A stretch of 64,000 bases of DNA. Source: Flavobacteriales bacterium. Lineage in GTDB: Bacteria; Bacteroidota; Bacteroidia; CAIKAF01. This document shows positions 58,701-64,000 of this stretch, piece by piece. Position 1 is the stretch's first letter; the number at the start of each line of letters is the position of its first letter. The stretch is taken from contig JANWWQ010000003.1 of the NCBI GenBank assembly GCA_025055635.1, positions 4,849-68,848 of the forward strand, written 5' to 3'. The notes under the pieces were generated by a model. It was not told the DNA's origin. It searched no databases and worked only from the letters and a program-made list of their open reading frames with translations. A program made the position numbers and the translations under genes.

Positions 58701-58815
58701 CATCGTGGTTGTAGGCGATGGTCCCACCGTACTGCCTAAACTCCAGAAACTAGGGTATCCCGTGGTGGAGGTGGATGCTTTTGGAAATGATCTTCGGGCC
58801 AAATCTAAAAATTAA
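55786..58815 (+). CDS. M16 family (pitrilysin/insulinase-like) zinc peptidase, two-lobed
   Basis: GFAHFFEHMMF (HxxEH); NGTTNTDRTNY; LESDRM; VKNER; C-lobe SRLNQNLREKRGYTYG. Confidence 0.93.
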   Translation: MKMLTQNFCFTLGMSFLLFLWPAYTRSQKGDRYALVETVGPAPGTINIPYKKYKFSNGLTLLVHEDHSDPVVYVDVTYHVGSGREIYGRSGFAHFFEHMMFQGSEHVGDEEHFRIITEAGGTLNGTTNTDRTNYFETIPSNQLEVALWLESDRMGWFLDAVTPEKFEVQRATVKNERGQNYDNAPYGLVGEKLREGLYPFNHPYSWSTIGYIEDLNAATLDDLKRFFLRWYGPNNAILTVAGDVQADQVAALVDKYFSDIPSGPLVSAPAPQPVRLEKDRFISYEDNVKMPLIKLVWPTVDQTHPDALALDAVAFALGHGKSSPLYQKLVKTQMAQSVLANHPTFELTGHLEATVYALPGQSLEKIRNTVLECLKELAAKGISEEVLKRFKSITEAQVLNSLRTVQGKGSRLAYYATFFPTPDYLPRYLKALQELTVLQVNGAMKKYILDKPCLTVSCVPKGQSAQLPAPDNVSRPTPPPDFKPDLKEYNNLTYSKPKSSIDRSRKPTPGPSPVVNSPDFTVKTSPKEVSFVVTPYNELPVTDILVSILGGYAKDIASKAGVTALMASLMRESTQNFTAEALSDRLELLGCSLEVSGERDEVNVALSCPNRNLDKGINLLKEVLFYPQFKEDEFKRARDRQLQSLRNQSVNARSIAHYVMCKKSYVPTLAASLPDLGTEETLSSLTVEDIKARHRMLLMQPDLVTVAVVGAINAEEVPEKLGFLWNWESPYPLLEKPKIPEPDFDAFPSGKAPPPGSEQTKEELPPDIKEKIVQIRRLFAPPKSPPILFNPQEKTTIFFAHKENAPQSHILVAMKGVMYHPLAESFLCRIINFPLGGGFNSRLNQNLREKRGYTYGIRSSFSTTRYNDVWTCAAAVKKEATDTALLEILREIKEYAEKGMTPEEHEFTKKALLLSDALKYESPAQKASYLKMISEFGFVKDIPQRQKELLERVTLLQLNEKARMHFADKPFTIVVVGDGPTVLPKLQKLGYPVVEVDAFGNDLRAKSKN

Positions 58816-58827
58816 AAAGGTACCCAT

Positions 58828-58835
58828 TACTTTTG
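58828..58835 (+). promoter_or_regulatory. -7 element (TACTTTTG) for tRNA-Leu-mazG-aroB
   Basis: Exact TAnnTTTG ending 7 nt before the tRNA, the same spacing as at tRNA-Arg. Confidence 0.8.
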
Positions 58836-58842
58836 CGATGAG

Positions 58843-58926
58843 GCCCGGGTGGCGGAACTGGTAGACGCGACGGACTCAAAATCCGTTGGTGGCAACACCG
58901 TGGGGGTTCGATTCCCTTCCCGGGCA
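58843..58926 (+). tRNA. tRNA-Leu(CAA), CCA not encoded
   Basis: Acceptor stem GCCCGGG/CCCGGGC; D arm GCG..GGTAGACGC; anticodon arm ACGGA-CTCAAAA-TCCGT; long variable arm GGTG-GCAA-CACC; T loop TTCGATT. Confidence 0.96.
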
Positions 58927-58937
58927 CTGCTTAGGAT

Positions 58938-59756
58938 TTGTCTTTATTGAAATTCCAGCAAATTCCAGACAGCGACTACCCGGAGGCGGGAAGGGCCTTT
59001 TGTCGCCTCTTACGAGTTATGGATACCCTACGTGCCCAATGTCCCTGGGATCGTCAGCAAACCTTTGAAAGTCTGCGCCACCTCACTATAGAAGAGGTGT
59101 ATGAATTAGGCGACGCTATTCTTCGTCAAGATGATAGCGACCTGCGCAAAGAATTGGGCGACCTCTTGTTACACATTGTGTTCTATGCCAAAATCGGCTC
59201 TGAACGGGGAACATTCAATATCACAGATGTGTTGAATCACTTGGGGCAGAAACTCATAGACCGGCATCCCCATATTTACGGGGATGTGCACGCCCCCGAT
59301 GCCGAAACCGTCAAGCAAAACTGGGAAAAAATAAAGCTCAGACAAAAGGAGGGAAAAGGAGTGCTAGGAGGTGTACCGGAAGCCTTACCGGCTCTTGTAA
59401 AAGCTCAGCGCATACAAGATAAAGCGGCGGGTGTGGGCTTTGATTGGAAAAGTAAGAATCAAGTGTGGAAAAAGGTAGAAGAAGAAATGGAAGAGTTAAA
59501 AAATGCCGAAGACCACGATCCGGCTAAAGTGGAAGAGGAATTTGGCGACCTGCTCTTCGCGCTCGTGAATTACGCCCGATTCCTCAATATCAATGCAGAA
59601 GACGCTCTGGAAAAAGCCAATCGTAAATTTATTGAACGCTTTCAGGCTATGGAGCGGATGGCTTCAGAGAAAGGGCTGGAATTGTCCACTCTCACTCTTT
59701 CCCAAATGGATGTTCTGTGGGAGAGTGTAAAAAATGCGGAACGCCCGACGGACTGA
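58938..59756 (+). CDS. mazG: Nucleoside triphosphate pyrophosphohydrolase MazG
   Basis: CPWDRQQT; EEVYEL; ELGDLLL; RHPHIYG; NWEKIK; GFDW; EEFGDLLF. Confidence 0.95.
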   Translation: MSLLKFQQIPDSDYPEAGRAFCRLLRVMDTLRAQCPWDRQQTFESLRHLTIEEVYELGDAILRQDDSDLRKELGDLLLHIVFYAKIGSERGTFNITDVLNHLGQKLIDRHPHIYGDVHAPDAETVKQNWEKIKLRQKEGKGVLGGVPEALPALVKAQRIQDKAAGVGFDWKSKNQVWKKVEEEMEELKNAEDHDPAKVEEEFGDLLFALVNYARFLNINAEDALEKANRKFIERFQAMERMASEKGLELSTLTLSQMDVLWESVKNAERPTD

Positions 59757-59762
59757 TTTCCC

Positions 59763-60806
59763 ATGTGCTCCAATATCTCCCAAAGGATTTGGGGCACAGT
59801 AACGGGCGACGTCCTCAAGCAGCTGGCCCATTCTGCCAGTAGGATAGCCCTTTTAAACGATGAAAACACCCATAGGCTTTGCGTCCCTCTTCTGGGGAAG
59901 CTTCCAAAAGAAATCACTTTCATAAAACATCCTGCGGGTGAAAGGGGAAAAACCTGGATGGCCTTAGGTAAGCTCCTGGAAGAGTTAGCCCAGATGGGAC
60001 TGGATCGTCAATCTCTTCTGTATGTCTTAGGAGGAGGGGCTCTCTGCGATGTAGGAGGATTGGCAGCATCCTTGTATATGCGGGGTATTCGTTGTGTTTA
60101 CATTCCTACCACCCTCGTGGCTCTGGTAGATGCTTGTATTGGCGGAAAAACAGCCGTTAATCTGGGTGATTTGAAAAACCTCGTGGGCACTTTTCGCTCC
60201 CCGGAAGCTATTCTTTGCGACACTCGATTTTTGGCTACACTCACGCCTGTACAAATCCTGGAAGGATGGGCGGAAATGCTCAAGCATGGAATGGTGGCTG
60301 ATGCTCGGCACCTAGAGCAGTTGCTAGCCGTGCCTGATCCATTTGAGGGGGGGATGCAACCGGAACTCATCTCTTCTTCGCAGGAAATAAAATGGCAAAT
60401 TGTCCAGCAGGATCCCTATGAAAAAGACAAAAGGAAACTTTTAAACTTCGGACATTCCGTGGGGCACGCCCTGGAAAGTTGGTTTGCCTCCCATGGGCGA
60501 CCCTTGCCTCATGGTCTGAGCGTAGCTGCTGGCATGCTTGTGGAACTGGAACTCAGCACAATGTACGCCGGTCTCCACCCGGAAACAACGGCTATGTATC
60601 AAGCCATGATCCGCTCTTTATATGCACCTTATTGGCCTACTATGCCTCCCGCAGTAGCTTTACTGCCATTTCTTCGGATGGACAAAAAAAACTACCGGCA
60701 TGCACATCGTTTTACGCTGCTGAAAGCTCCAGGCAAGGGGGTCTGGGACGTGGAAATAACCGAAGAAGCTATTCTGACTGCTTACCAAAAGGTTTGGTAT
60801 TCATAG
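59763..60806 (+). CDS. aroB: 3-dehydroquinate synthase
   Basis: GGGALCDVGG; PTTLVALVDACIGGKTAVN; EMLKHG; LNFGHSVGHALE; HGLSVA. Confidence 0.9.
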   Translation: MCSNISQRIWGTVTGDVLKQLAHSASRIALLNDENTHRLCVPLLGKLPKEITFIKHPAGERGKTWMALGKLLEELAQMGLDRQSLLYVLGGGALCDVGGLAASLYMRGIRCVYIPTTLVALVDACIGGKTAVNLGDLKNLVGTFRSPEAILCDTRFLATLTPVQILEGWAEMLKHGMVADARHLEQLLAVPDPFEGGMQPELISSSQEIKWQIVQQDPYEKDKRKLLNFGHSVGHALESWFASHGRPLPHGLSVAAGMLVELELSTMYAGLHPETTAMYQAMIRSLYAPYWPTMPPAVALLPFLRMDKKNYRHAHRFTLLKAPGKGVWDVEITEEAILTAYQKVWYS

Positions 60807-61070
60807 AATGAATTCATTGCAAATAGTAAATTTTTTCATTTATGATATGTGAATAAAATAAAATATGATGATCTCGCCCCTTCTTTAGGCATTTTAGAAA
60901 ACCGTTTCAGACGAACAAAACTTTTTTATTGGCTGTAATTGTCAGCGTTAGGGCGTTAAAAGAGTGGGATATTTGTAAAAATAGTTTTAGGGCTTTTGTA
61001 TATTGTTTTAAATTTAATTCTTTATTTTTAGAAATAAATTTTCACTTTACAAACCGCTATTAATAGAATT

Positions 61071-62123
61071 TTAAAATTTATTTTTCAGGCCCGTACCTGT
61101 CAATGGAACCAGACGGATTCCTTTACCGGGATATCTGGTAATGGCGGCCAGGCTCACGGCTGATGTGTATTCAATGTACAATCCTTGGTGGACCGCTTTT
61201 GCCCAGCTGCGAATGATTTCTTCTTCCGAAACAGGATAGAGTTGTCCTCCTGTTTCCTGAACGGCTTTGAGGATAAGGGTGCGCAAAGCGGGCCTTCGGA
61301 CGGCTATGCCATCCGCAATTGTGGGTCTGAAAGGCCCCCGCCTTCGCAGCAGCGGCGCACAGGCTTCGGAAAAGGCCGCTGAAAGGGCGGGCATGTTGGG
61401 TAAAAGGCCCATTTGATGCAGTTCAGAGAAGCCTTTCCACGCTCCCAGGAGCAGCGAACCGTTGCCAGTGGGGAAGATGATTTCATCAGGCATCTGCGTG
61501 CTGCACTGCATCCATACTTCGTAGGCGAACAGCCGTGTGCCTTCCAGAAACCAGGGGCACCACACATGGGAGGCAAACCAGGCTTTGCCTGCAGCCATGA
61601 GGGCGGCACGACTGGCCTTTTCCCGCGGGCCCGGTACCCGCACTACGCGAGCTCCGAGCGCTTCTATCATGCCCAGTTTGGCAGGGGGGGCTGTGGCAGG
61701 CACATAAATTTCACAGGAGATACCAGCTGCGGCCGCATATGCGGCTACAGCACAGCCGGCGTTGCCACTGGAGTCTTCCACAACTGCAGTAGCCCCTTCT
61801 TCCAATGCTCGGCTTATCATGACGGCGGCACCTCGGTCCTTAAAGGAGCCCGTAGGGCTCAAAAATTCAGCTTTCACAAGGAGGGTAAGTCCTTCCCAGC
61901 GGATAGGAAAGACGGGAGTAAGGCCTTCACCCAGCGTAAGGCATTTTTCAGGATGATCCAGAGGGAGCAATTTTCGCAGGTCCTGGGAGCACAATTTCAG
62001 CCCTCTGACATCCTCTAGGTGAGGGAGGGGCTTTATCAATTGAAGTATCTGGCCCGGTACTGCCTGAAAAGCCTCCCTGAAGCTTTGCCAACGGCTCCGA
62101 CCATCCGTCAGATAAAATTTCAT
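61071..62123 (-). CDS. thrC: Threonine synthase-like fold-type II PLP enzyme (short form)
   Basis: LGEGLTP; SPTGSFKDRG; EDSSGNAG; PTGNGS; TIADGI; EYTSA; LTGTGLK. Confidence 0.8.
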   Translation of the reverse strand: MKFYLTDGRSRWQSFREAFQAVPGQILQLIKPLPHLEDVRGLKLCSQDLRKLLPLDHPEKCLTLGEGLTPVFPIRWEGLTLLVKAEFLSPTGSFKDRGAAVMISRALEEGATAVVEDSSGNAGCAVAAYAAAAGISCEIYVPATAPPAKLGMIEALGARVVRVPGPREKASRAALMAAGKAWFASHVWCPWFLEGTRLFAYEVWMQCSTQMPDEIIFPTGNGSLLLGAWKGFSELHQMGLLPNMPALSAAFSEACAPLLRRRGPFRPTIADGIAVRRPALRTLILKAVQETGGQLYPVSEEEIIRSWAKAVHQGLYIEYTSAVSLAAITRYPGKGIRLVPLTGTGLKNKF

Positions 62124-62737
62124 ACCCCCCCTTTTCCAGCGGCTTTGCGAATCAAAGCCTGATGGATTTGGAGCACTTGAGCCTGCACATCATGCACACC
62201 ATCATTGTGAATAACCCAGGTGGCTAGGGGTATTTTTTTTTCATCAGGCCACTGGTTTTTAATGCGTTGCAAAGCTTGTTCCCGAGGGATTCCCCGTTTC
62301 TGCTCCAGGCGCTGCAACCGAAGTTCTAAGGGAGCTGTAACCAATATCACTGCGTCAAATTCCTTCCAGGATCCGGTTTCAAAATAGAGAGCGGCTTCAG
62401 AAAGCACATAGGGAGCGGTGGCATGAACACGGCAGAAAGATTCAAATGCCTCCCTTACCAGCGGATGAATAAAAGCCTCAAGACGAGCTTTGAGAGTGGG
62501 ATCGTTAAACACCAGCTGAGCCAGTGTGGATCTATCTACTTCTTTGCCTCCCTCTTTTTCTGGTTTTATGGCCTGCCCTTCCGTTAAGGAGTCCACGAAT
62601 TGCACGGTTTTTGGGTGCCCGTAAAGCCTGCGTACCTCTTCATCGGCGTAGAAGACTGGTACTCCCTGTTTTTCAAATAAGGTGGCCACAAAGGATTTTC
62701 CGCTGCCCATGCCGCCGGTAAGGGCAACCCGCAGCAC
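62120..62737 (-). CDS. coaE: Dephospho-CoA kinase
   Basis: LTGGMGSGKS; YAD; VFND..LEAFIHPLV; EAALYFE; RIKNQW; VIHND. Confidence 0.95.
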   Translation of the reverse strand: MLRVALTGGMGSGKSFVATLFEKQGVPVFYADEEVRRLYGHPKTVQFVDSLTEGQAIKPEKEGGKEVDRSTLAQLVFNDPTLKARLEAFIHPLVREAFESFCRVHATAPYVLSEAALYFETGSWKEFDAVILVTAPLELRLQRLEQKRGIPREQALQRIKNQWPDEKKIPLATWVIHNDGVHDVQAQVLQIHQALIRKAAGKGGV

Positions 62738-62744
62738 GGGGATC

Positions 62745-63065
62745 TCAGCGCTGTGTATCCAATTGGCCCGGTGCCGTCAGGGCCGATTTATCCACTCTCA
62801 TTCGCGACTTGTCCACTGTTTCCAGGATAATCGTTTTTTCTTCCACCTCAGCTACTTTGCCGTAAATGCCTCCTATGGTCATCACTTCGTCGCCTTTTTT
62901 TAAATTTTCCCGGAACTTGCGTTGTTCTTTGGCACGCTTCATTTGCGGGCGAATCATAAAAAAATAAAAGATGACCACAATCAGGATGAGGGGCAGGAAC
63001 GACATAATGGGGTTGGGATTTCCCTGCCCATCTTGAGGTCCCATCATCAGAATAAAATGTATCAT
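62745..63065 (-). CDS. yajC: Preprotein translocase subunit YajC
   Basis: [12 protein letters not shown]; [15 protein letters not shown]. Confidence 0.96.
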   Translation of the reverse strand: MIHFILMMGPQDGQGNPNPIMSFLPLILIVVIFYFFMIRPQMKRAKEQRKFRENLKKGDEVMTIGGIYGKVAEVEEKTIILETVDKSRMRVDKSALTAPGQLDTQR

Positions 63066-63084
63066 AAACCTAAATTTATTAAGT

Positions 63085-63534
63085 TTATTGCGGCAAACGA
63101 ATATAACCCTTAATTTTCAGTTCTGTTTCGTTAGGCACGGTGTTGGCATAAAGGGTAACCGTTTTGGAAACCTGGCCCTGCTTGCCTTCGCTGTTGAATT
63201 CCACGACGATTTCTCCTTCCTCGCCGGGTGGCACAGGTTCCTTGGGGTATTCGGAAACGGTACATCCGCAGCTCGTTTTGGCATCACTGATGACCAGATC
63301 CCCTTTACCTACATTTTTGAACCTGAACACGTGGCGCACTTTCTGGCCTTGTATAATTTCTCCAAAGTCATATACTGTGGTGTCAAAGCGGAATGCACCT
63401 GGGACTTCCAACAACTGAGGGTCCAAGGGTTTTTCCCGGGATTGACAACCGGCCAACAGGACTGCAAGCCACACACTCAATAGACGGGAAGAACTGATTG
63501 TAAAAAGCCGCATAAAATCCATCAGCTTCATCAA
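63085..63534 (-). CDS. DUF1573 domain lipoprotein
   Basis: Lipobox LAGC; YDFGEI; [16 protein letters not shown]; PVPPG; lies between nusB and yajC. Confidence 0.88.
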   Translation of the reverse strand: MMKLMDFMRLFTISSSRLLSVWLAVLLAGCQSREKPLDPQLLEVPGAFRFDTTVYDFGEIIQGQKVRHVFRFKNVGKGDLVISDAKTSCGCTVSEYPKEPVPPGEEGEIVVEFNSEGKQGQVSKTVTLYANTVPNETELKIKGYIRLPQ

Positions 63535-63998
63535 GAGGATATTGTTTTTTTAGAAATACTTTTTATGCTATCAGCAGTATCCAAAAGGCCTTTCCCCGAT
63601 TTATTGATCATCCCTTCTTTTTGCATAATTCGTGCCATGGTGTCCAGCACACCGTTGAGAAAATTGGCGCTTTTGGGGGTAGAATACTCTTTACTGAGCT
63701 CAATATATTCATTGAGAGTGACCTTCACGGGCACTTCCTCCAGGCCGTGAAGCTCGGCACCGCCTAAGCGTAATAGCAGCATATCTAAGGGAGCAACGCG
63801 ATCAGGCTCCCAGTTCTTCAAGGAGCGCACGATATATTGTTCCAGAATATCTTTTTTTTCAATTGCTGTAACTCCAAGCCTCATGGCAAAACGATAGTCT
63901 TCGTCCTGTTCCTGCAACTCAGGAATCAAGCGCAGACCTTCATTAACAGGCGTGTTTTCGATGGTGCGGGCGAGCATTCCAAAAGCAATTTCTCGGTC
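63531..63998 (-). CDS. nusB: Transcription antitermination factor NusB (3' part; the gene continues past the window)
   Basis: KNWEPDRVA.LD; PVKVTLNEYIELSKEYSTPKSANFLNGVLD; frame open to the window edge. Confidence 0.93.
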   Translation of the reverse strand, partial: DREIAFGMLARTIENTPVNEGLRLIPELQEQDEDYRFAMRLGVTAIEKKDILEQYIVRSLKNWEPDRVAPLDMLLLRLGGAELHGLEEVPVKVTLNEYIELSKEYSTPKSANFLNGVLDTMARIMQKEGMINKSGKGLLDTADSIKSISKKTISS

Positions 63999-64000
63999 TT

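Noticed and set aside
58886-59068. 60-aa ORF overlapping the tRNA-Leu region
   Set aside because: Explained by tRNA-Leu and mazG.
58938-59756. mazG as part of a toxin-antitoxin or anti-phage system
   Set aside because: Canonical two-domain housekeeping MazG between tRNA-Leu and aroB, with no mazEF or defence genes nearby.
1-64000. CRISPR arrays, IS elements, integrases, prophage or tRNA att-site duplications
   Set aside because: I saw no periodic repeats, mobile-element motifs or duplicated tRNA 3' ends by eye; a self dot-plot would be decisive.

Overview
This 64 kb window looks like ordinary chromosomal backbone from a Bacteroidota bacterium, probably free-living and gliding. The assignment rests on T9SS/gliding genes (porP/sprF-like, gldJ, porU, porV, ruvA-sprA), many exact TAnnTTTG -7 promoter elements and signal peptides cleaved before Gln. 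I can support about 41 CDS and two tRNAs (Arg-CCG, Leu-CAA). I saw no CRISPR array, transposase, integrase, prophage or rRNA. Most genes are housekeeping or envelope genes. The least ordinary element is an operon directly downstream of sprA: a PaaK-like aryl-CoA ligase, then an AT-rich in-frame fusion of a GT4 glycosyltransferase with a WbpG/WbuX-type N-acetyl-sugar amidotransferase, then a second AT-rich GT4. It faces a large T9SS cargo gene, with an orphan Wzm beyond. Other leads are an alkylglycerol-monooxygenase-like hydroxylase near a pterin-dependent Phe hydroxylase/SDR pair, a rhomboid with GATP in place of catalytic GAS, a Rieske-like lipoprotein with a His-to-Cys ligand swap, a bacilliredoxin-YpjD pair, an archaeal-style threonine synthase, and a face-to-face bidirectional promoter. 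All family calls come from motif recognition by eye; no database search was run, so novelty is unverified.
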